A stretch of DNA of 64,000 bases from IMG/VR virus record IMGVR_UViG_3300006127_001273, positions 52,038-116,037 of that record; one strand, 5' to 3'. Positions 49,501 through 57,647 of the stretch are shown in pieces; position 1 is the first letter of the stretch, and each line of letters begins with the position of its first letter. The stretch is from a virus (lineage: Duplodnaviria > Caudoviricetes). Below the pieces are notes generated by a model. It did no database searches, was not told the DNA's origin, and saw nothing but the letters and a program-made list of their open reading frames with translations. Both the position numbers and the translations under genes were made by a program.

Positions 49501-52244
49501 TAAGATTTAATTCTATAGTCAATTACCGAAATCTCAGTTTTGATACTTGGGCCAAATGGAACCATATCACTAAAATAATAAGGATCAGTGTTTGGTCGGT
49601 CTTTGGTCATCTTTTGTAGAATTAAATCAACCATAGTAGTCGGATTTGTATCTACCCCTAATGATTCAGAAGTTTTTATAAAGTTTCTCTTGAATTTACT
49701 ATATTCAATTTTTGAATGTTCGATCGCACGAACAATATTATTCTGTTCCGATGTAATATGATAAATTGAAAGGCTCAAAGGTGCGCTATGCTGGAGGAAC
49801 TTAGTACCATATAACGTAATGTTTCCTAAATCTCGTAAATTATTTGTACCCGGTGATGTACCAACAAACGATATAGTGTTAGGTAAATTATCGACAATCG
49901 AATTTACATGATCAATCACTTCTCCTAACGAAAAATTGGTTATCAACTCATTAAAAGGATTATTTTGTAAATTATACGGAATTTCATAAAACCCGTTGCT
50001 ATTGATTGCTTGTTTAGAAAACGCTCGCATAGTCAATACATCACTAAGAGCAATATCATTAACTAGTGTAATTTGTTTGTATAAAGGATTTCTAATTGCA
50101 GTTGTATCAGTTGTAAAATTCCAATTAACGGAATCAAGACGAATACCGTTAACATAAATTACTAATTTTAAATCATCTAACCCATTAATATTATCAAAAA
50201 TATCCAGAGGGAAATTGTTAATCCACCCAGAATTTTTATAGATTCTAATTGCTGCTTGTGTTGTTGTATTAGCAGAAGTTTGCCAGCCATTAACATAACT
50301 CAATACATTATTGTTGTTTGTTTTAACAAGATAACCAACATTGATATTTTTTGTAATAATCTTTGAGGTGTCTTTGTAACTAAACGAATCAGTTGCTAAA
50401 TCAAAATTAAATAATATATCGCCAATGTTGTTTATATTACCGTAAGACAGAGGAAATCCTAATACAGTATCATCTGATCCTGTTCCTACCTTATATGAAA
50501 ATAACTTAGTTCCAATAAAGGTCGAACCTGCATAGGTAGATTTATTACCATAACTAACATTATTGTCATCAACAATATCGAATAACGGAGTTTGATTTAA
50601 CTGGTTTTTTTGTTGTGCTATATTCCATGATACTCCGTCGTACCAGTACATATATCCTTGAGCACTTTTACCTGATCGAATTAAAACAACATCATTTAGA
50701 TTAGGTGTTGCATATTCTACTAAATTAATCAATCTAACGTTACTAGTTGAATTATGGACTGTAACAAAGTTAACTTGATATATTTTGTTTACAACCTGCA
50801 TATCAGTATCTGCGGTAACTAAAATCAGTTGGCCGTCGATTAGGTCTATACCATCAATGTTATATCCAAGTTGTCCTTCGATATTTGAAAAAATATCCGT
50901 TGTAAATGAATCAACTAAATCAACATCTGTAATTGCATTAGTTCCAAAATTAAACAACTTTAATCCGGTCTCAAATTCGATAATCGGACGAGTCGCTCTT
51001 GCCGTTTGATCCAACGATGCTACAGTTCCGTTTAGTTCTGCACTTTTCTTAATTACGTCAATATGAAACCATCTATTATTACGACTCCATGGATTATGAT
51101 CATTGCTGCTACGATCAATAACAATATAATCAGGAGTTTGAGGATATGATGATGCATTACTAAATGGTAGCGAATCAAACGGAGTATCATCAAATAACAC
51201 CGATTCAGTAACAGTATATGGGCCGATAATTTCTAATGTAGATTCATTTATTAATCGAATACCTGTGCCTACACCTTCAACATAAAAATGTCCAGTAGCA
51301 TACTCATTCGGAGTTACTGTACCGATAAAGGATACCTTCATTCCATTACTTAAAGATGTACCGTTTTCTAAAGTAAAAGTCTTCTTTCCTATAATTTCTT
51401 TTTCAACATCAATAAACGTATTTTCGTTGATCGAATATATCTCAAAAATACCGCCTACATCCGCATTACTTTCACTTACATAATATAAAGTTTTTGGTGC
51501 ATTATCCGGTACTGTAAAAGTTATTGTGCCGTTTTCTACTGCATAACCGTCGACTCCGACATCGGTATACCTATCTAAAAATCCAACAGTTCTTGCAGTT
51601 TTAATAGAAAACGGGTTACCTGGACTACTAATATCAAAAATGTATGTTTGACCTTTATATAACTTGATCGTCGGATTCGGCGTTAATCCAAGCACTCCGT
51701 TTGGTGAAAATATATAAACGTTATCGCCTAAATCATTTTGTATCGATACATCATAAGTGCTTATAATCTTTTGTTGTTGCCCAGAAATCTGAATAGACGA
51801 TGGGCCATATGGTAACCAATAATAGTGTTGAAAATTTACAAATTTATCCCAATTAATATGCGGATCCCAACTATAAAACTCTTCAGAATTTAATCTAGCG
51901 TGATTTGTAACATTGCTACCGAATACCCCAAGTTGGTTAATATAGTCTTGGTAATCTTTAAAAAACGTATTGTTACCCGACTCATCATTAATAACTAAGC
52001 CCGGCTCTAATTGATAATTTTGTCGTGTCAAATCAGCTGCATGAACAAATACATCATTGCCTGTGGTTGATTTAGCATATTCACGACCGATATATCCATT
52101 AATCTTTTTAACAGTCCCTGGTTGTATTAATTGATCAACTGTAGCGTGTAAGAATTTTTTATTTGCATCAGTACGATAATACTGTGGTAAAAATTCTGAA
52201 CTTATATTTGTATTATTTCCGGTTGGGTTACTGTTATCAGCCAT
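37509..52244 (-). CDS. Giant (~4900 aa) baseplate wedge/adhesin protein (gp7-like position)
   Basis: Single ORF right after the gp6-like gene; start probably MADNS at 52244 (ORF track 52256); several internal repeat classes. Confidence 0.75.
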   Translation of the reverse strand: MADNSNPTGNNTNISSEFLPQYYRTDANKKFLHATVDQLIQPGTVKKINGYIGREYAKSTTGNDVFVHAADLTRQNYQLEPGLVINDESGNNTFFKDYQDYINQLGVFGSNVTNHARLNSEEFYSWDPHINWDKFVNFQHYYWLPYGPSSIQISGQQQKIISTYDVSIQNDLGDNVYIFSPNGVLGLTPNPTIKLYKGQTYIFDISSPGNPFSIKTARTVGFLDRYTDVGVDGYAVENGTITFTVPDNAPKTLYYVSESNADVGGIFEIYSINENTFIDVEKEIIGKKTFTLENGTSLSNGMKVSFIGTVTPNEYATGHFYVEGVGTGIRLINESTLEIIGPYTVTESVLFDDTPFDSLPFSNASSYPQTPDYIVIDRSSNDHNPWSRNNRWFHIDVIKKSAELNGTVASLDQTARATRPIIEFETGLKLFNFGTNAITDVDLVDSFTTDIFSNIEGQLGYNIDGIDLIDGQLILVTADTDMQVVNKIYQVNFVTVHNSTSNVRLINLVEYATPNLNDVVLIRSGKSAQGYMYWYDGVSWNIAQQKNQLNQTPLFDIVDDNNVSYGNKSTYAGSTFIGTKLFSYKVGTGSDDTVLGFPLSYGNINNIGDILFNFDLATDSFSYKDTSKIITKNINVGYLVKTNNNNVLSYVNGWQTSANTTTQAAIRIYKNSGWINNFPLDIFDNINGLDDLKLVIYVNGIRLDSVNWNFTTDTTAIRNPLYKQITLVNDIALSDVLTMRAFSKQAINSNGFYEIPYNLQNNPFNELITNFSLGEVIDHVNSIVDNLPNTISFVGTSPGTNNLRDLGNITLYGTKFLQHSAPLSLSIYHITSEQNNIVRAIEHSKIEYSKFKRNFIKTSESLGVDTNPTTMVDLILQKMTKDRPNTDPYYFSDMVPFGPSIKTEISVIDYRIKSYPLSNVFSLDSLSTTAVLVYLNGTQLLYEHDYSFDDQGFVIISAELHNDDIITINEYDSTNGCFVPPTPSKLGIWPTYDPRAYLDTALLNPTWMIQGHDGSHTVLYGEIVNGVFTDFRDAILLELEKRIYNNIKVKYDSSIFDIYDIIPGYNRTTEYSLTEFNEILAPNFYKWVKVVGADYTQNIKFDRTISLTFNYKDFDLPNSTSCPGYWRGIYNYVLDTDSPDQTPWEMLGFNDKPTWWEQVYGSAPYTSDNLIMWQDLTDGVVRQPNVPTIKLLNFVRPDLINRIPVDSDGTLLDPLTAGWATGPVTASIADDFVFGDQGPVEGAWRRSSDYPFSFLITAMLMHPAKTFGTLLDRSRVIRNLAGQLIYSDTGLRVNPSTIAIPSIYSSATKIQTSGIINYLTDYIVGLDLTAYTQYIYDLNNINAQLSYRAGAFSSKEQFNLILDSRSPLSTGGVFVPNENYTLILNSSSPVKKITYSGVIITKLANGFEIKGYSQVDPYFTYYQWNVTGINVTVGGISETFSTWVAGNEYYAGTIVKYNENFYRVLVTNTSTPLDTAYYEKLPTLPIIGGCSARLRTGWNRTNPVVMSYGTMLRTIQDVVDFLLGYEQWLIDQGFRFDNFSDSLSVVTNWTTSAKEFMFWTTQNWSTGEDKWKQWLPNIEFVGGTIVQYEGDYYRVIRSSINSSNFNSSDFVKLEGLSTIGSSVISLSPAAASLTFITNNCVVDDITNPFYTYEIFKVDGTPIDPSTIDVYRNENTVTYSPEENDGIYNATFYLVQKEQIILLDQKTIFNDLIYSPATGYRQERIKVSAHVSTVWDGSFNIPGFIFDQAVFKNWVEWQDYQLGDVVKYQQFYYSANSFLPGTSAFTPSEWTQLSSKPSPKLIPNWTYKAGQFTDFYSLDSDNFDSNQQTMAHHLIGYQKRQYLDNIIQDDVSEFKFYQGMIRDKGTQNVFNNLFNVLTEEGKESLKFYEEWAVRVGQYGANSGFNEIEFILDEAKFNNNPQGVELLDTVPPIYQTLSYTVTDVKITNGGSGYESNEKFNLTVTTSTGTCVFNVRTDSTGKIIAINRIVNSGSFSSVGTITDTSGNLGSGAAFSLTYGIVSPSLDNLTIVQTPNDVYLKPLGYTSSPWPVLANFNPYLRSAGYARLTDVKVAIGTLDALLTNTVWDSGVQYYATNIVTYAADHTGKYKIYIAKIDNINVAPSDTSTAWSLINMGDYIWCGFDKQDWNVYRYSSAYMNVLDIVGVIVNGVQELEITTDALVTVQVGSVIALEQVDSSLAGFYKVVSVNLNAFNVVSSSTPASVTFTDQTNVVVFTLTSQRTSSIDSAEPITSLNLLPNELMWTDENGNGNGQWATWEYNKVYNQSIIINTSPHAFSQYGLSIATTNSTDFLVTTDNSGTLYVRDKASLNSSWLVRQTVPPEFISTYTDPNFTNHYIGDILAISSQEIIAADNWVAVGIPQASHVCTRYKGAWQHLSSYNIKDIIRDPISGEFYKATQNVPEDYPPTCLVTAISNNRVINQLGSGPANPGQSIIFKQTIGNLIADVVYYVSRILSDTAFTVSDTFEGNELTLTNDTNSNGVIVTLWADYWNITQYIPVDAGGTNSSLMKQGAVTLYKVNDNNIITLVDTIISPSPAENEQFGANLTFGNGTFFINAPGGNNGKGVVYQLTYQPVIYASVYYNPIGSNGTIIKVSNTAKIAVGMSIVGTGFTTGQIVARIIDSTTIQSDVEPDSQPVGILEFVILQWTWQDKVGITHNNVAIGGNFGYRMAMSKDVSTLLICSAGVSIIGAVNPGRVFVYNSDDSISYYLSQVITDTEGDGLGFGQGVDVSYAADYIVISSVLYDGLKINEGKVEIYEYGDTQYVPYQKITNIAPETSQHFGSYVSFMNDFDTLVVFSRSSVRYDPIIFDENNTTFDEKSTIFSLATKGEGRVDIYDQYGSYWIFTESLDNLDDNESQYGYSISTGDDTVILSSIYGFDLNVRSGIVYEYKKPINSFTWTIVNQEIDKVDVKKIKKAFLYNKKTDTIVTHLDVVDPLQGKILGVADEELTYKSYFDPAVYSNSDGTIPSSSGQAWTTAQVGQLWWDLRTAKFFNCYDSDVVYRNNTWNQLFPGASIDIYEWVESSILPSDWDATTDTAAGLARGISGTSLYGNSAYSIITKYDELNEVFSNTYYFWVKNKTLVPDVSNRNISANDVANLISNPRGNGYEFIAFTGVNSFSLFNVKPLLQSSDIVLSVQYWIIDKIDQNIHSQWELISTDPTTKLPELIEQKWIDSLCGTDAKNRTVPDLQLPVKIRYGVENRPRQSMVVNRFEALKQVIEQANRVLIKHQIVNQYDLSRLEAAQPIPTTVDGVYDTVIDTVEELSYINISDFVMPSIVPTIVNGRIIDIVIVDAGKGYINAPFIDIVGSGSGAILKTKINSYGQINGVEIISSGIGYDSSTILSVRTYSTLVRNDSTAKNKWSIYYYDSINTVWSKVDTQAYDTTQYWNYTDWYAPGYNQFTVVNFVVNTFIELKDLYSLVGSLVKVLTNNSGKWVLLEKYADSSSIDWTQSYSIVGLQDGTIQLSSSLYEFDNTVYGYDSSLYDLEVYDDYASTELRYIFEAFKYDIFVGDLVQEYLNLFFTSVRYILSEQLYVDWIFKTSFIKAEHNVGSLIQKVTYNNDHLADFQSYVSEVKPYRTKIREYVSNYNSVDINYQAATDFDLPTVLENGKLVPALVEVSNDTIVSYDTITETYPWKFWADNVGFSITELVIVDGGNGYITQPTVEITSNSGSGAHAIAYIAKGTVNRIVLINGGSKYLSVPTVKINGGLSSSGSPAKVIAKIGNGVVRSNLISIKFDRTTQKYFITELQELETAIGTGSKKQFTLAWAPDVRVGYSSVTVNGSNVLRDDYTLTVVKSKSSGYTRYSGLITFNTAPIKGSIIEVTYIKDWLVLNAADRIQYYYDPATGETGKDLDQLMSGVDYGGVTVNGIGFDMYYGWDGSPYFSDRWDSSDDTFTDYIVTLTSVTHTFTLPYVPASGTEINVYYAPNGTNKVNAVRLDNPGFIGHAQWDNPYAIMPPIIMDGRTSTVSVPNTFTVHIGDTFIFRQSTSDGSLAPIPDDYDTAINGGALSNIGGVYTTATGLAADDIIIDGDGFVTQTTSSATEEIVPGQVVDTVAIKVYDRPFSGSAKIKTDTFIGDGSRTEFEITQDPNNRQALLVKLISGYDNPTNQYTNVTILSKDEYTIDYQFNVRTVVLVDPPITGTIVSITSFGVSGSNILDFNSFVGDGVTDQYITTAPWLALLTISIFVNGNMLSSKNYEIFETDDTYELAKLVGINFNTPPAVGDQISYIIVSGSDQTYSIMESETIQTNGSLVYPLQNTIGDSKPYESNMLVRVGQDILKGPNNIYHTIRKATTNADLIYTISSDAALPNTADVNDVSVIISGTAVLKPNTDYIFDGSNMSIKITKTIAKKYVGAELTISIKQHPGYFYTPATTSSVASITFDVEYNNELVEIISFYKHDVLNINRTAINVTTNNSLTPNTIDYFTHLKIFNGQLQLGRTVVDDDYIWIIRNSKILTPSIDFRLNDDRSSVTLAAAPNTNDEFTLITFDDNILESGISYMQFKDMLNRYQYKRLSLNKRSKLYSDLLYNDTTILVVDASTFTLPNPSKNRPGVVEIRGERIEYFTINEHRENGILIFYVLGQLRRGTLGTGVSPVHKAGSYVQDIGSDENIPYADNTIVEQYTITNANNHNHIIPINFVPSLTVNNSWFTDYGYTLKGSFSNTVGYSVNDVVSYNGYYYVNMLSYVASTVNPTSIVPTNGQYWELYSSIPVGYQQCNDIEVFVGGYDNSLTWASNVHYTVGTIVNVGSYSYRCISEHTSSSYFRDDSTRWTFFIGNIRLRKEPYSMFNVNQAPTSPEGDIRFDADFAVDGVSKEIRLTNLLAVGTRVTVIKRTLVEWDSTTNILYDNNKIALFLKETPGIWYTGINKYESNKTTVTLDTYNASFDNAKNTFDQG

Positions 52245-55200
52245 TAGATGCTCCATAAGGTGCGCTTGTTACATTTTGTGATGTAGAAGTATTAGTAGTA
52301 GTTCCAGTTATTGCTTTAAGTACTGTTGGGGTTAATGAAGAAACGATCTCGATATCATTAACTGTTGCGCCATTAACAAATAATTGATCACTAGCAGCAG
52401 TGATTTCAAATAGATTGCCAAATCCTATACCGCCCTGACGAGGAACCACAACAAAACTTGTAATATTCGGTGCCAACTGTTGCATGACATATGCAGCCAG
52501 TTCTGAAAAATAAAATGTATCGCCAAAGTCCCAATTTTCTAACGCAAAGAACTGATTAATTGCAGCTAATACACTTGTTTGTATATAATTATCCGAATTA
52601 ACTTGAGCTGGATTTTTTACAACTTTAAATGATGCTTGTACATCAGGTGTTGCATATGAGCCAAACAGTATTTTGTAAGTTGCCGAATGGTAAACAATCT
52701 CGTCAGACATCGACTTAATAAGATTTAACTTTGGTGCTAAAATATCATATAATTCGTCAGAACCTGGAGGTAATGGTTTTATTATTGTAGACGGAGATGC
52801 TAGCCATTTTCTAAATGCAAGGTCATAACTTGTAGTTAATATATACACATCAACGATATTACTCGGACTTGGATCAATACGCGACTCGTAGTTTGCACTA
52901 TGTACATACTGGAATTTTAGGTTATCTCGCCCAACATACACTTTATAGTCCAATGTAGGTTCTAATGTTGCTGTACTTAAATTCAACTTAACTACTGTAT
53001 CAGTATCGATAAAATAGAAATACTGACTATCGTTGTAATTTATTAACGGACCCATTGAGCTTTGACTGCTAAGAATCAGTACAATATTCTCCGAATTACT
53101 AACGTAGGTATAGTCCTCTTGATCTACATTAACAAGGTATTTCTGTTCAACAATATATTTAGAAGTTGGATTTACTGACGGATTAACAATATCAATAAAA
53201 TACTCTGGGTTGTCAACAACACCATTATTATCAGAATCAGCAAATGAGATTACTAATTTTGACGGATCAACATATCCATCAGTACCAATGTATTCAGACA
53301 CGATGTCCCACTTTAAATCAGTAGTAAATGGCATTGTAGTATCAGGTTGCGTGTTAATACTAAGAAGAGTAATACTGTCTTTAATTAATTTATTATTAGA
53401 TACATCGAAAATTCTATGATTGCTATTAAAGTAAAATCTTATCTGAGCATCACTTTCAAAAATATATTGCTGCTCGCGAGATTTAACCGTATAAACAACA
53501 TTGTCTGTTGTGAACAGTATTAACCAACTCGAATCTTGTTGTTTATTAGTAGTATCGCCTTGATATGCTAAACTAAAATCAGTTGTTAAATTTAAATTCG
53601 ATTCGTAAACAATTTGCCATGCTTGTGTAGTCGCATTATAACTTAATCCAAACGGATTATTAGCAAAAATTAAATCAATCATAGTTGTTATAACTGTTGG
53701 ACTAATAGTAGTAATCCATGCAGGAATAATCTGATCAATAATAGGATAGATTCCATTTAATGTATCAAATTTTTGATTTAATACAATTGGTCCAAATCCA
53801 GATGATAACATTCCGGTCCCGGTTGCTGTTCCGTCGTCGACTATTGAAACTACCTCTGCCCATACTGATATTTCTGCACCCGGACTCGTTCCATTCCCTA
53901 AGACTAATTTATTCGAGTTTAATGTATCAAAATAATAACCTGCAGGAGCAGTAAATTTAATTAATGCACCCGGTATAAAGTATTTTAAATCGTTGGTGGT
54001 ATAATTTCCAACCTTGTATATTGTAGAATTGTTGTTAGCATCAACAATATATCCGCTAGACATACCGATATCAGTCGTAACACTAATCCAGTTAATTGAT
54101 AAACTAGCAGTAATATAGTTCAAATATTTTGAGTAATAATAATTTCGCAGACTAGCTTTCTTTAACACAGGATATAATGCATTGTAAATAACCCCTTCGA
54201 TATCAGTTCTAGTTTGATATGTAAATGTTATTTGAGAAATAGTTGGCTGAGAATATATAACTCCGTCGTCTGCAAATAACATAGTAGAACTATATGCACC
54301 TGTAGGATCTTTTAAATCAAAGTAACGACTAATTCCGCTAGATGTCCTGTTGAGAGATTTAACTTTTACTACTTGTGTACTCGCCGATAACGGACTAATA
54401 TTATAATCTTCACCTGTAATCATACGATTTTGTGTATAATAGGTCTGAGGAGCGTTTGTCTTTATGTTGGCATTCGACTCGGTAGTATTAGCATTCGATA
54501 CACTAGTTTGCAGATTTAATGTAATCGATAATTGCTCAAGTTTATTATTACGTGAATAGTAAGGGATAGTAATATTAACACTACGGATATCCTGTGTATT
54601 AATCACATACGATAACCCATTACTTACTCTGTAATAGGTACGAAATGTTCCCAAAGGTAAGTTACCAAAAGTACCGTCACTAAATTGAAGGCTAACCATA
54701 TCATTAACACGAGAAATAACTTGATAGATTGTTTGTACATTTTGATTTAAACTATTGTAAATGATATTATTACCGATTAAATTAGGTACTTTTGTCCACA
54801 ATGTCGATTCTTTACCGTTTGAATCTAATTGATATAACCACACATCATTTTCATTAATATTATTTGCATTGATGTCAATAGATTCATTGCTACTTGGTTG
54901 GCTAATAGTAAAAGTACCTTGATTTAATGTACCTTGTACAAAATTTAAAAAGAAACCTGTCCCGGGGCTTCCGGCACCCATACCGTCGTAACTATAGATA
55001 CATGCTAATGGATTTCCGAGCGCCGGTGGTTCTTCGTATATGTAATTTTCACCTTTAAATGTTGTACTTGTAATTTCAAAATTTGTATTATTACCAGAAA
55101 CTGCTTTTGTAAACGAAAAAACAGGGAGCCCGGTAATTGCGCTGTTAAATCGATATTGTTCAGTAGGAATCGAATAAATTGTCGCACTATCGGCTGGATT

Positions 55201-55713
55201 ACCAAACTGCTGGGTCGAAGAAAAAGCTGCGTTTAGAACTTTTATAAACTGATCATACCAATTGGTATTAGTTGAATCATTCCAGTTAATTGCTTGTCCT
55301 GAAAGATTAAGACCGTTACTATCGATTACATTTTCTGTAGTAATAATTGTACTAAATTTTAATAATCCTTGTGCTGCAATGTTACGAGTAGGATTATAAC
55401 TGATCATTCTAGCTAATCGTAAAACTGCATCGGTGCGATCAGCAAGTTCTAAAAAATTATTTCTTGCATTTAAATCAGCACGAAATGCAATGCTTTGGCC
55501 CATGTATGCAATAAGGTCGATTAAGGCTAGATATTCCGAGCTTTCAATGTAATCGTTAAAATCTTCGGGAAAATTTATACGAAGATAGTCTATCATAGTC
55601 CTTCTCAAATTTTCAAAATCATAACTTTGAAAATCTGCGTTCTTAAACGATTGATAAATTTTTTGCCAATCTTCCGAAACAAGAAGATTATTTAAACGAT
55701 CTGTAGAGCTCAT
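52237..55713 (-). CDS. gp6: Baseplate wedge subunit gp6-like
   Basis: YDFENLR..MIDYL...FNDY.ESS....LIDLIAY...NFLELA; QNRMITGEDY. Confidence 0.85.
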   Translation of the reverse strand: MSSTDRLNNLLVSEDWQKIYQSFKNADFQSYDFENLRRTMIDYLRINFPEDFNDYIESSEYLALIDLIAYMGQSIAFRADLNARNNFLELADRTDAVLRLARMISYNPTRNIAAQGLLKFSTIITTENVIDSNGLNLSGQAINWNDSTNTNWYDQFIKVLNAAFSSTQQFGNPADSATIYSIPTEQYRFNSAITGLPVFSFTKAVSGNNTNFEITSTTFKGENYIYEEPPALGNPLACIYSYDGMGAGSPGTGFFLNFVQGTLNQGTFTISQPSSNESIDINANNINENDVWLYQLDSNGKESTLWTKVPNLIGNNIIYNSLNQNVQTIYQVISRVNDMVSLQFSDGTFGNLPLGTFRTYYRVSNGLSYVINTQDIRSVNITIPYYSRNNKLEQLSITLNLQTSVSNANTTESNANIKTNAPQTYYTQNRMITGEDYNISPLSASTQVVKVKSLNRTSSGISRYFDLKDPTGAYSSTMLFADDGVIYSQPTISQITFTYQTRTDIEGVIYNALYPVLKKASLRNYYYSKYLNYITASLSINWISVTTDIGMSSGYIVDANNNSTIYKVGNYTTNDLKYFIPGALIKFTAPAGYYFDTLNSNKLVLGNGTSPGAEISVWAEVVSIVDDGTATGTGMLSSGFGPIVLNQKFDTLNGIYPIIDQIIPAWITTISPTVITTMIDLIFANNPFGLSYNATTQAWQIVYESNLNLTTDFSLAYQGDTTNKQQDSSWLILFTTDNVVYTVKSREQQYIFESDAQIRFYFNSNHRIFDVSNNKLIKDSITLLSINTQPDTTMPFTTDLKWDIVSEYIGTDGYVDPSKLVISFADSDNNGVVDNPEYFIDIVNPSVNPTSKYIVEQKYLVNVDQEDYTYVSNSENIVLILSSQSSMGPLINYNDSQYFYFIDTDTVVKLNLSTATLEPTLDYKVYVGRDNLKFQYVHSANYESRIDPSPSNIVDVYILTTSYDLAFRKWLASPSTIIKPLPPGSDELYDILAPKLNLIKSMSDEIVYHSATYKILFGSYATPDVQASFKVVKNPAQVNSDNYIQTSVLAAINQFFALENWDFGDTFYFSELAAYVMQQLAPNITSFVVVPRQGGIGFGNLFEITAASDQLFVNGATVNDIEIVSSLTPTVLKAITGTTTNTSTSQNVTSAPYGASNG

Positions 55714-55731
55714 ATCTTATCCTAATATCAA

Positions 55732-55739
55732 TATTTATC
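55732..55739 (-). promoter_or_regulatory. Putative late promoter
   Basis: GATAAATA on the minus strand ~18 nt before ATG 55713. Confidence 0.55.
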
Positions 55740-55760
55740 GAATAAAATTAAGTGGGTATA

Positions 55761-56210
55761 TTATTGCGCAAAGAATCCATTAGCCTGATCAAATTTCATT
55801 TGCAATGTTTGACTAATGTTATATGGCAAATATGTTAATATACATTCAATTTGTATACCTGATTCGTATGCAGTTACAATAATGTTCTGGGCACTAATTC
55901 GTGGATCATAATTAAGAATTTGATCAACATTTTTTGTAATAATTGCTTTAAGATCGTCTGTCAACGGATCAAAAAGCAGATCCCATATTACTGTACCAAA
56001 TGTTGGATTCATTAATCTTTCACCCTGTCGTATATGAAAATGGTTTAGCAAATCTTGTTGTATAAGTTCGAAGTCAAATAAACTAAAATTTTCAGTATTA
56101 GTACTAACTGTACTAAATCCTCGATACATTTTAGGTGTAATTGCAGTTGTTTGCACATTTGATGCAGGGTTTAATGTGACTTTATTGTAAAGATTTGATA
56201 TTGAACTCAT
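55761..56210 (-). CDS. gp25: Baseplate wedge subunit gp25-like
   Basis: GERLMNPTFGTVIWDLLFDPL...YDPRI. Confidence 0.88.
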   Translation of the reverse strand: MSSISNLYNKVTLNPASNVQTTAITPKMYRGFSTVSTNTENFSLFDFELIQQDLLNHFHIRQGERLMNPTFGTVIWDLLFDPLTDDLKAIITKNVDQILNYDPRISAQNIIVTAYESGIQIECILTYLPYNISQTLQMKFDQANGFFAQ

Positions 56211-57646
56211 GTTGTTGACCTCTTAACCCTTGAGAATGGGTCTACTTTGGTTGTAGGCTTATTGTAAAATGCTGGCGTTGGCGACGATACCGTACTAGTA
56301 GATGCTTGTGTTTTCGATGGTATAAATGATTGTGGATCAAGATTTTCATGTTGCACCCAAGGTTCTGCCGTTGGAATACGTGCAGGTTTCGGTGCTTCTT
56401 CAGCCGGAGTCGGCGACGGTCCGTTCCATCTAATTGCCGGTGCTACACCCAAAATTGCTGCTGCGGCCGTAAGACCAATTGTACCTTGTACTGTTATTCG
56501 TCCATCCACTTCTGCTTTTACTTGGAAGTTTTTAGCAGTAGTCATTTTAATATCTTTTGTTGCATTAACATTAAAATTGCCAGCACAAGTAAAATTAATA
56601 TCACGACCAGCAGTAACATTAAAATCATTCATTGTATGCAAACTTACGCTGTCTTGTGCATAGATATCAATCTTACCATTACTAGTCAATTCGATCCATG
56701 TTGTACCTCTAGCATTTCCGATATAAATTAAATCTTCACTATTATGTAATAATATTTGATGGCCGGTTCTTGTACGTATTCTAACTAATTCATTATGCGG
56801 AATTGTAGGTTGGCCTCCAGTTTCACCTTGTGCTACAGATGCATAGTCGGGCGGACCTTTTCCTGCTGGTGTTTTACGAAGAAACTTATCATCTCCATCA
56901 TCCATTACAAATGTTGTTCCACCTAATCGACTAACAAATACGTTATTAGCACTACTTTCTTTTTTTCCAACAGTTCCTGTTTTTGCACCAGGGCGTTTGT
57001 CAACCGGACCGGGCGTTGATATACCAAATACTGCACTCGGCACTTCTCGTCTTGAACTACTAGTTGTAATTCCTCTGATATCATCTTTAATTAATCCCTG
57101 GCCTGATAATATATCAGTTAGGGGATGTTTTGGTTTGTTAATTTTAGTTTCGTCATTAACAATTTTGTCGTTAACTTTTTTATTATATTCTGCTACCGGG
57201 TATCTACCGCCATCACCACCAGTTGTATATTGCGTTGCTGCAATGCCCGGTACCATAAAGTTCATTGCTTCATCCGGTACGCATCCGATCCAGTATCCTC
57301 GCTTTGGATCTCCGTCGATAAAAATAACCATCACCGTTGACCCAACATCCGGAGGAACAAACCACATACCGTAACTCTTTTGAGTATTGTTGTAGTCGTC
57401 TTGATTCCCTACATAATCTAAATCTGTACATCCGTAAAACGGAGTCATCATTTTTACTTGATGCAACTGCCCTCCTGCGCGAGTTTGATTACCTACCGGT
57501 CTAAGTAACTCTACTTCAAGTGTTCCCATGTATGTAGGATCAAGATGACTTACAATTGTTGCTAGATACGGGCCAGGGCGCGAACCTATACCAGCGGCAT
57601 CGCTAGGAGAATAATCAATATTTTTATCTACATTTTTATCTATCAT
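56207..57646 (-). CDS. gp5: Baseplate central spike gp5/VgrG-like (OB fold and beta-helix)
   Basis: DPTYMGTLEV, GMWFVPPDVGSTVMV.F, RTRTGHQI, beta-repeats (IELTSNGKIDIYA, DFNVTAGRDINF). Confidence 0.75.
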   Translation of the reverse strand: MIDKNVDKNIDYSPSDAAGIGSRPGPYLATIVSHLDPTYMGTLEVELLRPVGNQTRAGGQLHQVKMMTPFYGCTDLDYVGNQDDYNNTQKSYGMWFVPPDVGSTVMVIFIDGDPKRGYWIGCVPDEAMNFMVPGIAATQYTTGGDGGRYPVAEYNKKVNDKIVNDETKINKPKHPLTDILSGQGLIKDDIRGITTSSSRREVPSAVFGISTPGPVDKRPGAKTGTVGKKESSANNVFVSRLGGTTFVMDDGDDKFLRKTPAGKGPPDYASVAQGETGGQPTIPHNELVRIRTRTGHQILLHNSEDLIYIGNARGTTWIELTSNGKIDIYAQDSVSLHTMNDFNVTAGRDINFTCAGNFNVNATKDIKMTTAKNFQVKAEVDGRITVQGTIGLTAAAAILGVAPAIRWNGPSPTPAEEAPKPARIPTAEPWVQHENLDPQSFIPSKTQASTSTVSSPTPAFYNKPTTKVDPFSRVKRSTT

Positions 57647-57647
57647 A

